Positions 1-9,878 of a stretch of DNA of 46,645 bases are shown here, piece by piece. Source of the stretch: Fistulifera solaris (Eukaryota); contig AP026159.1 of assembly GCA_030295235.1 (NCBI GenBank), positions 186,001-232,645 of the forward strand. Direction: 5' to 3'. The notes beneath the pieces are model-generated. The model saw nothing but the letters and a program-made list of their open reading frames with translations, ran no database searches and was not told the DNA's origin. The position numbers and the translations under genes are program-made. Position 1 is the stretch's first letter. Each line of letters starts with the position of its first letter.

Positions 1-39
1 TTCTAAGTAATTTAAGTTAACAATTAAACTAAAATATTA

Positions 40-455
40 TTAACTTATTGTTATTGTGTTTGTCCAAAAATAGTGAAATACATCGTTAAGCAAGTCTAAA
101 TGGTTACTATCAAGCTGGGTTTGCGCTAAAGTAGTTGTGGAGACAATGTGTGTTGAAATTGAATCATGAATTAAATTGGTTGATATTATTTGCTGATTCA
201 TTTGTTTTACCGCATTATCTGGCAAAAATTGAATATCTAAATCTTTATTAGCATTTCGTATATATTTAAAAACATTAAAGCACTCATTGTACCAGACTTC
301 TCTCATTTCATTTAAAATTGAATATCAATACCAAATAATGAGTAAATAATAAAATTTAAGAATACTTAGTATTTAATCGTTAATCTACGATTTTGTTCCT
401 TGACCTACCCTTGTTAAAAAAATGTTATTGAATACTAAATGGTTTTATCCATATC
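40..455 (-). pseudogene. ycf89: Diverged, decayed duplicate of the ycf89 3' end
   Basis: ORF 40..306 aligns without gaps to the ycf89 C-terminus (KDLDIQFLPD, QIISTNLI, SIST; ~53/86 identical by hand count). Homology continues upstream through an in-frame TGA (ILKFYYLLIIWY*YSILNEMR vs VLKFHYLPILWYRYPIPNEIR) to about the NHLVF codons at ~455. Confidence 0.9.
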
Positions 456-595
456 AGATATAAAAAAAGATAGTAGAAGTTAGTCGATTGAAAATCGTAA
501 AAATATAATACTTCTTTTTGACAATTTTAAATAAATCTAAAAATTTTTTAATTGGTGCAAAAAAATCAAAAAGTGAGCTTTAGATAACATTCGAT

Positions 596-670
596 AATTC
601 TAAGTTCTAAAGATTCTCGATAACACAATTTACAAATCGTATGATTAAATTTTCTTAGAACTTAGGAATT
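596..670 (-). terminator. Inverted repeat just downstream of ORF122 (possible terminator or processing stem)
   Basis: ctaagttctaa (600-610) and ttagaacttag (655-665) are perfect complements, extendable imperfectly to 596/670; starts 4 nt past the ORF stop. Confidence 0.4.
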
Positions 671-673
671 CTT

Positions 674-1042
674 TTAATCGTCTAAATCATTTAATTTTTC
701 TTTACTATGGTTCGTTTTGAGTTTATCAAATGTACTCTTATCGATCATCCCAAGAGATCCTGCAAAATGATAAACCTTTAACCAATACGCGTCGTATTTT
801 AATAAATCTTTGACTCCTTGTTCAATAACTTCTCGTGTTAACTTGCTTACAAAGTTAAATGGATAAGAGGGTCTATAATAATCCATTTTTTCCTTATCTA
901 TTAAAAATTCAATATATTTGGGCGTTGCAAAACGAAGCTTGTAGGTATAACCATCCGATAATTCAACAGAAACATCGACAGTACCGTTTTCAATATCAAT
1001 ACACTCTAACTCTTCTGAAATAGAAATATTGATTATTTTCAT
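674..1042 (-). CDS. ORF122, putative immunity/antitoxin protein (Imm8-like by motif)
   Basis: Intact 122-aa ATG ORF with an acidic N-terminus and a beta-beta-'ATP'-helix pattern (DVSVELSDGYTYKLRFATPKYIEFL...FVSKLTREVIEQ...DAYWLK). Lies 32 nt downstream of the putative toxin gene on the same strand. Function is inferred. Confidence 0.7.
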   Translation of the reverse strand: MKIINISISEELECIDIENGTVDVSVELSDGYTYKLRFATPKYIEFLIDKEKMDYYRPSYPFNFVSKLTREVIEQGVKDLLKYDAYWLKVYHFAGSLGMIDKSTFDKLKTNHSKEKLNDLDD

Positions 1043-1074
1043 AAAAATTTCTTATTAATGTTAAAAATTATTTT

Positions 1075-2219
1075 TTATCTTGAATAATCCTCTCTTAGCA
1101 GTTTGAACACTTTCTTTTCATTATTCTTAGCGCAAATTGCGACTATGTCAATGATATTATCTTTTTCTAGCCACATAACGCGAGTTCCATTTCTTGTTCT
1201 TGATTCAAAAGATAAGTTCCAGGAACTGCTTTAGTTCCATTTCCTAGGTTTTTATTTCCAAGGTGAATTTGATCGATTAAATGCTTTACGTCCTCTCTTC
1301 TAGTTAAATTTTCTAAGGTTTTTTCTGCCTCTTTACCAATACCGTGACGATCGAAAATTAAAGAAGTAATTTTTTGTTTTCCTTTTGCAACGTCAGCGGG
1401 CCTGTTAAGAATTGCTTCCATTTCTATCTTTGTTAGGTTTGGTTTTGCCTCCAGTTCAAAATTATTTCTACTTGGTGGTATTCCCTCTCGCTAAGGAAGG
1501 TTCAGTCTAAAAGCGTCAGCAACGGGAAACGACAACGGATCTCTTTGATGTAGATATTTGTAAGTGTTCGAGATTTGAGATAAAACAAGTTGAAAGACTT
1601 GGTTTGCAAGACTTTGAAAAACTTCTACATCAGCATTTTTAAAGATTTCTTTTCCAAGATTTACAATAACGCTGTTTAGAATGATCTGATTACTAGACAA
1701 TAAATAATTTACCGTTGGTTTTAAAAGTTCTGAGTGTTTATAAGCCTGTTTTATCAAGGTTGAGTAGCTAGCACGAAAAACTAGTTTTTGGAGCTCGTCT
1801 ACTTTATCACACCTCATTTTTGACTTTGACCAAATAAATTGCTTGAGAAGGCCAAACGATTCGAATTTTCTGGAAAAACAAGTTTTATCCTATCGATCGA
1901 GTCTGATCTTATATTTATATATGGGAGCTGAAGACTAGATTTTGAGATTAGCGTTTCAATTTGATTTTGAGTTTTGACCAGGAATTGAGTTACTTTCAGC
2001 TTTGAAGCGGGCAAAGCAAAAATGACACCTAACCTAGGAGATGAAGTTAACGTAACGAGAAAATAAAATCTGATTTTTTTAATTTCTTATTGAGTTTCAG
2101 TCGGAACAAATTTTTTGAATTTTACATGATTTAAACAATTTAAAATTGTTAGTTTGTTTAACAATATATATCGGATAGCAAAAGAATAGAATAAATTCTT
2201 TTACGTAGAATATTTTCAC
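1075..2219 (-). pseudogene. Putative polymorphic toxin gene (~382 codons): hydrophobic N-terminus plus C-terminal RelE/HigB-like RNase domain, interrupted by one TAG
   Basis: Adding one base to each of four homopolymers (2111-2116, 2074-2080, 1817-1821, 1207-1210) joins GTG(2219) MKIFYVKEFILFFCYPIYIV... through ORFs 1814..2014, 1491..1817 and 1167..1421 to ...GNKNLGNGTKAVPGTYLFESRTRNGTRVMWLEKDNIIDIVAICAKNNEKKVFKLLREDYSR-TAA(1075). One in-frame TAG remains at 1491-1493. Confidence 0.65.
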
Positions 2220-2565
2220 GTCTTATCGTTAATTTACTATACGTCTTGACCTGTCTACTATTTCATGCCATGATTGATTAAAATTCTTAAATCATTCTTT
2301 TCAGTCAACTCGGTACTACTGTATTTATAGAATCTGTAAAAAAATAGATATTTGTTATTATTATTTCAGCAAAATTAATAATTAATCTACGTAAATAAAT
2401 TTAATTTAAAAAATACTTAGTTGTCAGGTAGTAATTTCTCTTAATTAAAAGTATAAACTGGGAAACTTTTTTCGCAACCAAAAATAGTTTTTCACTCCTC
2501 ACCAAGAAAGTAAAGCCTGTCACCTATCATTAAAAATAAAAATTAAGCAGTTCAAAAAATAGATC

Positions 2566-2599
2566 AAAAAATAATAAGGGCTAGTTACTAAACCAGCCC
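2566..2599 (-). terminator. Rho-independent-type terminator of ycf89
   Basis: Minus-strand GGGCUGGUU-UAGU-AACUAGCCC 9-bp stem followed by UUAUUAUUUUUU, ~55 nt after the ycf89 stop. Confidence 0.75.
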
Positions 2600-2652
2600 A
2601 AAAATATTGGTTATACATACTTCTGTAGTAAATTTAACAATTAATTTACTTA

Positions 2653-3690
2653 TTAATTTATTGTATTTGTCAAAAAATAATTGAAAGCATCCGTAATAAG
2701 GTCTAAACTGTTACTCTTGCTATGAATTTGAACCAAATTAGTTGTTGATAGAATTTCTGTTGAAATTGACTCGGAGATTAAATTGGTTGATATTATTTGC
2801 TCATTTAGTTGTTTTACGACACTATCTGGTAAAAACTGGATATCCAAATCTTTATAAGCATTTTGCATATATTTCAAAATATCCGGGCGATCATAATACC
2901 AGAATTCTCTTATCTCGTTTGGAATTGGATATCGATACCACAAAATTGGTAAATAATGAAATTTAAGAACGTCTCTCATTTCTTGGTTAATTAACATTTT
3001 TGTTTCTTCTCCTTCGCTTGGTAAGAAAGGCATGGTGAATACTAAATGATTTAAACCATCTGCCATTACACCAAGCAGACCCAAAAAGACACTACCAGTA
3101 ACATTGACACCTAGAATTGCCGGCACAACCCCTTGTAGAATTTCTTCTGTCCAATCAACAGCAGCAGCTAAATAACACCATGGAAAAGTATAAGGGTTAA
3201 TATAAAGAAACCAAGATAGTGCTATTCTAAATATAATAATCTGAGAATAAACCACTAAACCTACAAATAAAACTTCCCTTATTGTTTCTAGAACGGTTAG
3301 ATCTAAACAAATATTTAGTTTGACTTGAATAAATTGAGATAGCCAATCGGGTAAAAAATAAATATTTTTATAATTTTCGATATAAAAGTTATAAAATCCT
3401 TCATCTTGACTCTCATAAATATACTTTGGAACTGTGTCAACTTTTGGTGTTGGACCAAAAATCACCTCAAACCATGTTTCCGGACGTTGAATTGGTGGCC
3501 AGAATGTTTTATGACGTGGAAGACTATCAAGAAGTTTTGATTTAGAATAGACTTCGTTTGAAATATCAGGCATTGTAGGCATTCCTGGATTATTTGGATA
3601 ACCAAATACTCTCGCTATTGTTTGAAAAAAACTAGCGATAATGTCATAAAAAGTGTTTCGAATTGGAATAAATTTTTCGTCTAAACTCAT
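2653..3690 (-). CDS. ycf89: Ycf89, conserved diatom plastid membrane protein
   Basis: 345-aa ORF with GYPNNPGMP, WPPIQRPETWFE and DGLNHLVFTMPFLPSEG motifs; next to trnP as in diatom plastomes. Confidence 0.9.
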   Translation of the reverse strand: MSLDEKFIPIRNTFYDIIASFFQTIARVFGYPNNPGMPTMPDISNEVYSKSKLLDSLPRHKTFWPPIQRPETWFEVIFGPTPKVDTVPKYIYESQDEGFYNFYIENYKNIYFLPDWLSQFIQVKLNICLDLTVLETIREVLFVGLVVYSQIIIFRIALSWFLYINPYTFPWCYLAAAVDWTEEILQGVVPAILGVNVTGSVFLGLLGVMADGLNHLVFTMPFLPSEGEETKMLINQEMRDVLKFHYLPILWYRYPIPNEIREFWYYDRPDILKYMQNAYKDLDIQFLPDSVVKQLNEQIISTNLISESISTEILSTTNLVQIHSKSNSLDLITDAFNYFLTNTIN

Positions 3691-3861
3691 TAGTAGTTTT
3701 GAGTTAATATTAAGTTAATAATTATAGTACTATAACAGGGTTATAAAGAATAATTTCTAGTTATGATAGAAGAGTATAAAAAAGAACTTCAATTCAATCA
3801 ATAGATCTTTTAAATTCTCCATTTCGATTTTCCGTGAAAAAGTCAAGTGTTGATGATGAAA

Positions 3862-3935
3862 TCGGGATAGTAGGATTTGAACCTACGACACCCTGCTCCC
3901 AAAGCAGGTGCTCTACCAAGCTGAGCTATATCCCG
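3862..3935 (-). tRNA. trnP: tRNA-Pro(UGG)
   Basis: Cloverleaf CGGGATATAGCTCAGCTTGG...CCTGC-TTTGGGA-GCAGG...GGTTCAAATCC. Confidence 0.97.
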
Positions 3936-4038
3936 AACTGTGTTGAAATCAGAGAATGGAGCTCTGACACCGGAGATAATACTACAGACTTTCAAATTTT
4001 ACAAGGGGAAAATCAATAGATCGCCAATACATAAGCTA

Positions 4039-4075
4039 TTATTTAGTTCACTCCAAATAAGAGTGAACTAAATAA
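4039..4075. terminator. Hairpin downstream of psaB
   Basis: 15-bp perfect inverted repeat ttatttagttcactc / gagtgaactaaataa. Confidence 0.7.
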
Positions 4076-4104
4076 GATGAGTAATTAAAAATTAGAAGAT
4101 TCGA

Positions 4105-6306
4105 TTAACCAAATTTACCTGTAGTTGAAGCAATAACAAATGCGGCATAAGTTAAAATATAACCAACAGTAAAGTGAACTAAACCAACTAAACGTGCTTG
4201 AACAATTGAAAGTGCTACAGGTTTATCTCTCCAACGAACTAAATTCGCTAAAGGTGTACGTTCGTGTGCCCATACTAATGTTTCGATTAATTCTTGCCAG
4301 TAACCACGCCATGAAATTAGGAACATAAAGCCTGTTGCCCAAATTAAATGACCAAATAAGAACATCCAAGACCAAACAGATAAATTGTTCATACCAAATG
4401 GGTTATAACCATTAATTAATGGTGATGAATTTAACCATAAGTAATCACGTAACCAACCCATAATATAGTTAGATGACTCATTAAATTGACCTGGGTTACC
4501 ACCCCAAATTGCCATGTGTTTCCAATGCCAGTAGAATGTTACCCAACCAATTGTGTTTAACATCCAGAACATTGCTAAATAAAATGCATCCCAAGCTGAA
4601 ATATCACAAGTACCACCACGACCTGGACCATCACATGGGAAACTGTAACCAAAATCTTTTTTATCTGGCATTAGTTTTGAACCACGTGCGTCTAATGCAC
4701 CTTTGATAAGAATTAAGGCTGTAGTGTGTAAGCCTAATGCAATTGCATGATGAACTAAGAAATCACCAGGGCCAATTGTTAAGAATAAATCATTTTTATT
4801 ATTATTGATAGCTTCAATCCAACCTGGTAACCAAAGTTGATTACCTGCTACTGTCGCTGGACTAGAAGAATTTGATAATAAAACGTTTAATTCGTAAACA
4901 GCTTTACCTGATGCAGCTTGAATATATTCAGCGAATAATGGCTCAAATAAAATTTGTTTCTCTGGTTGACCAAAAGCTACAACCGTATCGTTATGAATAT
5001 ATAAACCTAAGGTGTGGAAACCTAAGAATAACGAAGCCCAACTTAAGTGTGAAATGATAGCTTCTTTATGTTCTAACATTCGAGCTAAAACGTTATTTTT
5101 GTTTAACTCCGGATCATAATCACGAACAAAGAAAATTGCGCCGTGTGCAAAAGCACCAACCATTAAGAAACCAGCAATATATTGGTGATGAGTATATAAT
5201 GCAGCTTCTGTTGTAAAATCTTTTGATAAGAATGCATACGGAGTAATTGAGTACATATGTTGAGCTGTCAAAGATGTAGCAACACCTAAACATGCTAAGG
5301 CTAATCCAAGTTGCATATGCAACGAATTAGTAATTGTCTCAAATAATCCAGTATGACCAGCTCCTAAACGACCTCCTGGAGGACGGTGAGCATCTAAGAT
5401 TTCTTTCATATTGTGACCAATTCCGAAATTAGTTCGGTACATATGGCCAGCTACAATAAATACAACCGCAATTGCTAAATGATGGTGTGCCATGTCACTT
5501 AACCATAATGATTGAGTTTGAGGATGGAAACCACCTAAGAAAGTTAAAATTGCTGTACCAGCACCTTCAGCTGTACCATAAACATGACTCGCACTATCTG
5601 GATTTTCAGCATAAACAGTCCAATTTCCAGTGTAGAACGGAGTTAAACCAGCTGGATGTGGAGGAGTTGTTAAGAAATTATCCCAACCTACATGAACACC
5701 ACGAGAGGCAGGAATAGCAACGTGTACAGTATGACCAGTCCAAGCTAATGAACTTACACCCGCTAAACCTGATAAATGGTGATTCAAACGTGACTCGTTG
5801 TTTTTAAACCACGATAAACTCGGGCGGAATTTTGGTTGTAGATGTAACCAGCCCGCAAATAATAAAGCTGATGATAATAATAATAAACCAATCGCGCCTT
5901 GATATAATTCTTGGTTAGTTCGTAAACCAATTGTATACCACCATTGGTAAACACCTGAGTACGTAATGTTAACAGGATATGTGTTACCTTTACTAAATGC
6001 TTTAATAGCCGCTTCACCAAAATGTGGATCCCAAATTGAATGTGCAATTGGTTTCACTTTTAATGGATCGCTAACCCATTTTTCAAAATTTCCTTGCCAA
6101 GCAACATGGAATAAGTTTCCTGCTGTCCATAAGAAGATAACTGCTAAGTGACCGAAGTGTGACGCAAAAATTTTTTGGTATAAATTTTCTTCCGTCATAC
6201 CGTCATGCGCTTCTAAATCGTGCGCAGTCGCAATACCATACCAAATTCTTCGTGTTGCTGGATCTTGTGCAAGGGCTTGACTAAACTTTGGAAATTTAGT
6301 TGCCAT
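4105..6306 (-). CDS. psaB: Photosystem I P700 apoprotein A2
   Basis: [10 protein letters not shown] start, [14 protein letters not shown] motif, 733 aa. Confidence 0.99.
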   Translation of the reverse strand: MATKFPKFSQALAQDPATRRIWYGIATAHDLEAHDGMTEENLYQKIFASHFGHLAVIFLWTAGNLFHVAWQGNFEKWVSDPLKVKPIAHSIWDPHFGEAAIKAFSKGNTYPVNITYSGVYQWWYTIGLRTNQELYQGAIGLLLLSSALLFAGWLHLQPKFRPSLSWFKNNESRLNHHLSGLAGVSSLAWTGHTVHVAIPASRGVHVGWDNFLTTPPHPAGLTPFYTGNWTVYAENPDSASHVYGTAEGAGTAILTFLGGFHPQTQSLWLSDMAHHHLAIAVVFIVAGHMYRTNFGIGHNMKEILDAHRPPGGRLGAGHTGLFETITNSLHMQLGLALACLGVATSLTAQHMYSITPYAFLSKDFTTEAALYTHHQYIAGFLMVGAFAHGAIFFVRDYDPELNKNNVLARMLEHKEAIISHLSWASLFLGFHTLGLYIHNDTVVAFGQPEKQILFEPLFAEYIQAASGKAVYELNVLLSNSSSPATVAGNQLWLPGWIEAINNNKNDLFLTIGPGDFLVHHAIALGLHTTALILIKGALDARGSKLMPDKKDFGYSFPCDGPGRGGTCDISAWDAFYLAMFWMLNTIGWVTFYWHWKHMAIWGGNPGQFNESSNYIMGWLRDYLWLNSSPLINGYNPFGMNNLSVWSWMFLFGHLIWATGFMFLISWRGYWQELIETLVWAHERTPLANLVRWRDKPVALSIVQARLVGLVHFTVGYILTYAAFVIASTTGKFG

Positions 6307-6392
6307 AATTATTAGATGCCTTTTTATATAAATGTTAGTTATGAATAAAAATCGTAATTAATGTTTTGACTAGCGTAAGCTTTTTGCGTTGA

Positions 6393-8651
6393 CTAGCTAA
6401 TTGACACTGCACGTGCTAAGAAGAACGCCCATGTAGTTCCAATCCCACCTAAAAGATAGTGAGCTAAACCTACTGCTCGACCTTGTGTAATACTTAATGC
6501 ACGTGGTTGAATTGCCGGAGCAAAATTTAATTTGTTATGTGCCCAAACAATTGACTCGATTAATTCTTGCCAATATCCACGACCACTAAATAAGAACATT
6601 AAACTGAATGCCCAAATAAAGTGAGCACCTAAGAAAATTAAACCATATGCTGATGATGCTGAACCGTATGATTGAATAACTTGCGAAGCTTGTGACCATA
6701 AGAAATCACGTAACCATCCATTAATAGTGATTGAACTTCTAGCAAAGTTTCCACCTGTAATATGTGAAATACTACCGTCTGGTGAAATTGTACCCCATAC
6801 GTCAGATTGCATTTTCCAACTGAAGTGGAAGATTACAACAGAAATTGAATTGTACATCCAGAATAAGCCTAAGAATACGTGATCCCAGCTTGAACTTTGA
6901 CATGTACCACCACGGCCCGGACCATCACATGGGAATCGGAAACCTAAGTTAGCTTTATCTGGAATTAATTTTGAACTACGAGCGTATAAAACACCTTTTA
7001 ATAAAATTAAAACTGTTACATGAATTGTAAATGCATGAATATGGTGTACCATAAAATCAGCTGTACCTAATTGAATAGGCATCATGGCAATTTTACCACC
7101 AACTTCTACAACTTCACCACCAAAAGCATAACTTGTAGTTGCTAAAGCATTCGGAGCTGTTGTACCTGGAGCTAATAAGTGCGTATTTTGAATCCACTGT
7201 GCAAAGATAGGTTGTAATTGAATAGCCTTATCTGAGAACATATCTTGTGGACGGCCTAATGCACGCATCGTATCGTTATGGATGTAGAATCCAAACGCGT
7301 GACAGCCTAAGAAAATACAAACCCAATTTAAGTGTGCAATAATTGAATCTCTATGACGTAAAACACGGTCTAATAAGTTGTTGTAATTATTTGCTGGCGT
7401 ATAATCACGAACCATAAAAATTGCACCATGAGCAGCACCACCAGTAACACAGAATCCACCAATCCACATGTGATGTGTAAATAATGAAAGTTGCGTTGCG
7501 TAATCTGTTGCGATGTACGGATATGGAGGCATTGCATACATATGGTGTGCAACAATAATACTTAATGAACCCATCATTGCTAAGTTAATAGCTAATTGAG
7601 CATGCCATGAAGTTGTTAAAATTTCATATAAGCCTTTGTGACCTTCACCAGTGAAGGGCCCTTTGTGCGCTTCTAAAATTTCTTTCATGCTATGACCAAT
7701 ACCCCAATTAGTTCGGTACATGTGACCAGCAACAATGAATAAAACAGCTAAAGCTAAATGATGATGAGCAACATCACTTAACCATAAACCACCTGTAACT
7801 GGGTTTAAACCACCTTTAAATGTTAAGAAGTCAGAGTATTCACCCCATTGACCACTAAAGAATGGTGCTAAGCCTTTCCCAAAACTTGGGTATAATTGAC
7901 TCATTAATTCACGATTAATTAAAAACTCATGAGGTAATGGAATCTCTTGAGGTGCAACACCCGCATCTAATAACTTATTGATTGGTAAAGCAATGTGAAT
8001 CTGATGTCCAGACCATGATAAACATCCTAGTCCTAATAGACCAGCTAAATGATGGTTCATCATTGATTCAGCATTTTGGAACCATTCTAATTTCGGTGCT
8101 GCTTTGTGGTAATGGAACCAACCAGCAAATAACATGATAGCTGACATAGCTAAACCGCCAATAGCAATCCAGTATAATTCAACTTCACTTGTAATACCTT
8201 CAGCACGCCACATTTGGAACCAACCAGAAGTAGTTTGAATACCTGAAAAGTTACCACCAACATCGCCATTAAGAATTTCTTGACCAACAATTGGCCAAAC
8301 AACTTGTGAACTTTGTTTGATATTAACAGGATCAGTTAACCAAGCTGAATAATTAGAGAAATACGCCCCATGGAAATGCATACCACTGATCCATAAGAAT
8401 ATTACTGATAATTGTCCAAAGTGTGCGCTAAATATTTTACGAGAAACTTCTTCTAAAGAACTCGTTTGACTATCAAAATCATGAGCATCTGCGTGTAAGT
8501 TCCAAATCCACGTAGTTGTTTTTGGACCTTTCGCTAAAGTTCTAGAAAAATGACCAGGTTGTGCCCATTTTTCGAAACTAGTTTCGACTGCGTCTTTTTC
8601 AACAAAAATTTGCACATTTTTTGCGCGACGGTCTGTTGAGCTTATTGCCAT
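6393..8651 (-). CDS. psaA: Photosystem I P700 apoprotein A1
   Basis: Start MAISS at 8651 preceded by an AGGAG Shine-Dalgarno; [12 protein letters not shown] motif; 752 aa. Confidence 0.99.
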   Translation of the reverse strand: MAISSTDRRAKNVQIFVEKDAVETSFEKWAQPGHFSRTLAKGPKTTTWIWNLHADAHDFDSQTSSLEEVSRKIFSAHFGQLSVIFLWISGMHFHGAYFSNYSAWLTDPVNIKQSSQVVWPIVGQEILNGDVGGNFSGIQTTSGWFQMWRAEGITSEVELYWIAIGGLAMSAIMLFAGWFHYHKAAPKLEWFQNAESMMNHHLAGLLGLGCLSWSGHQIHIALPINKLLDAGVAPQEIPLPHEFLINRELMSQLYPSFGKGLAPFFSGQWGEYSDFLTFKGGLNPVTGGLWLSDVAHHHLALAVLFIVAGHMYRTNWGIGHSMKEILEAHKGPFTGEGHKGLYEILTTSWHAQLAINLAMMGSLSIIVAHHMYAMPPYPYIATDYATQLSLFTHHMWIGGFCVTGGAAHGAIFMVRDYTPANNYNNLLDRVLRHRDSIIAHLNWVCIFLGCHAFGFYIHNDTMRALGRPQDMFSDKAIQLQPIFAQWIQNTHLLAPGTTAPNALATTSYAFGGEVVEVGGKIAMMPIQLGTADFMVHHIHAFTIHVTVLILLKGVLYARSSKLIPDKANLGFRFPCDGPGRGGTCQSSSWDHVFLGLFWMYNSISVVIFHFSWKMQSDVWGTISPDGSISHITGGNFARSSITINGWLRDFLWSQASQVIQSYGSASSAYGLIFLGAHFIWAFSLMFLFSGRGYWQELIESIVWAHNKLNFAPAIQPRALSITQGRAVGLAHYLLGGIGTTWAFFLARAVSIS

Positions 8652-8880
8652 TAATTTTCTCCTTGTTGGGAGACGAAAATTTATGAAACTCTCATAAAAA
8701 TTAATAAATAGAAATTTCAAAACTTTCTATTAATTATGAGTTTTCAAATTCATATTATACGTGTTTTTCATAAATTTTAATAATTAATTGTATAAATTAG
8801 ATAAAAAATAATATTGTTTCTTTTGATAAAAAATCTTTATCAAAAGAAATAAATAATAATTTATAAGAGATAATCTCGAA

Positions 8881-9006
8881 TTAAAAATAGAATCCTAACG
8901 AATCTGGGAAAAATCGATTAATCTCAATAATAAACCCAGCGGTAAAAGTCATCCAGATTGTTAGTAAAACAGGTGCAGTAGATAAATATTTTTTGAAGCT
9001 TTCCAT
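8881..9006 (-). CDS. psaJ: Photosystem I subunit IX
   Basis: [35 protein letters not shown]. Confidence 0.97.
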   Translation of the reverse strand: MESFKKYLSTAPVLLTIWMTFTAGFIIEINRFFPDSLGFYF

Positions 9007-9054
9007 AAAAATTATACTAATTGAGTAATACTTTTGTTAATAATAAATGAAATT

Positions 9055-9613
9055 CTAGCGCGGTGAAACTGTAATTTCATCCTTTGCTGCCACTAATTCA
9101 CCACTTGTTAGCTCTTGCCATGCTGAAATTGGCCAAATATAACCTGTTGACATAATTTTTAACGCTAACGGAACGTTAATAATAATTTCACTTTCAGCAG
9201 GATTTTTAGTTGTGCTAACTGCACGAATATATTTTCGACCAACCCAACCAATCCAACCTGCGATATAAATAAAACCAAGTCCTGGAATAGTGAATTCTGC
9301 AGCATGATTCCAACGGCCGTCGGCAACTAAATGAGGTAAACCATCTGCACCACATAATAATTCTGAACGACCATATTTATCAAATCGAGCTTTTGTTCGT
9401 TCAATTTGTTGCTCTAAAGCTAAAGCTGGCGGTGTATCGGCTTTATATAAACTTAAGCGTTGTTCCAGTTTTTTTACACTTGATTTTAAGCGTTTTTCAA
9501 AAGCTGGTGAATCACTACATTTTGTTAATCCACCAATGTCTGCTAATGCTGGATTTGGTCCAATAGCTAATAATGCTAAAAAAAAATAATGGAATTAAAT
9601 TAAAACGTTTCAT
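9055..9613 (-). CDS. psaF: Photosystem I subunit III (homopolymer frameshift near 9580)
   Basis: MKRFNLIPL...ADIGGLTKC...[11 protein letters not shown]...EITVSPR. Confidence 0.96.
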
Positions 9614-9878
9614 TATTAAATAAAATTGAAAATTAATGATTTGGTAAAAAAGTTAAGAAAGTAAAGTATTTACTATTCACACTAGATATAGTATATGAAA
9701 ATTCAAATTCATAAAACATTTGTAAATAATTGATGACAAATAATTAAAATTAATTTTAGAGTAAAATTAACCGATTTTAAAATTTAGCGTAAATGTTCAA
9801 GTAAATACTAAATATTGAAATCAATTACTAAACACTAATAAAAAGTATTTAAATAATTGATTTTAAGTTTATTGGAGC

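Noticed and set aside
1167..2014. Three independent small ORFs (84, 108 and 66 aa)
   Set aside because: They join into one reading frame through homopolymer slips and a single in-frame TAG.
2087..2089. Second premature stop (TAA) in the toxin gene
   Set aside because: It is bypassed when the flanking T6 (2111-2116) and T7 (2074-2080) runs are each lengthened by one base, which gives a protein-like NLFRLKLNKKLKKIRFYF.
2742..7555. Short antisense or alternate-frame ORFs over ycf89, trnP, psaB and psaA (and similar ones over psbC, psbB, atpA, rps2 and rpo genes)
   Set aside because: Shadow ORFs of conserved genes or tRNAs, with no recognisable motifs.
8652..8720. N-terminal extension of psaA (likewise psbC to 18688, rbcL to 26713, cbbX to 12369)
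   Set aside because: ORF-caller extension to upstream alternative starts; the conserved starts lie downstream.
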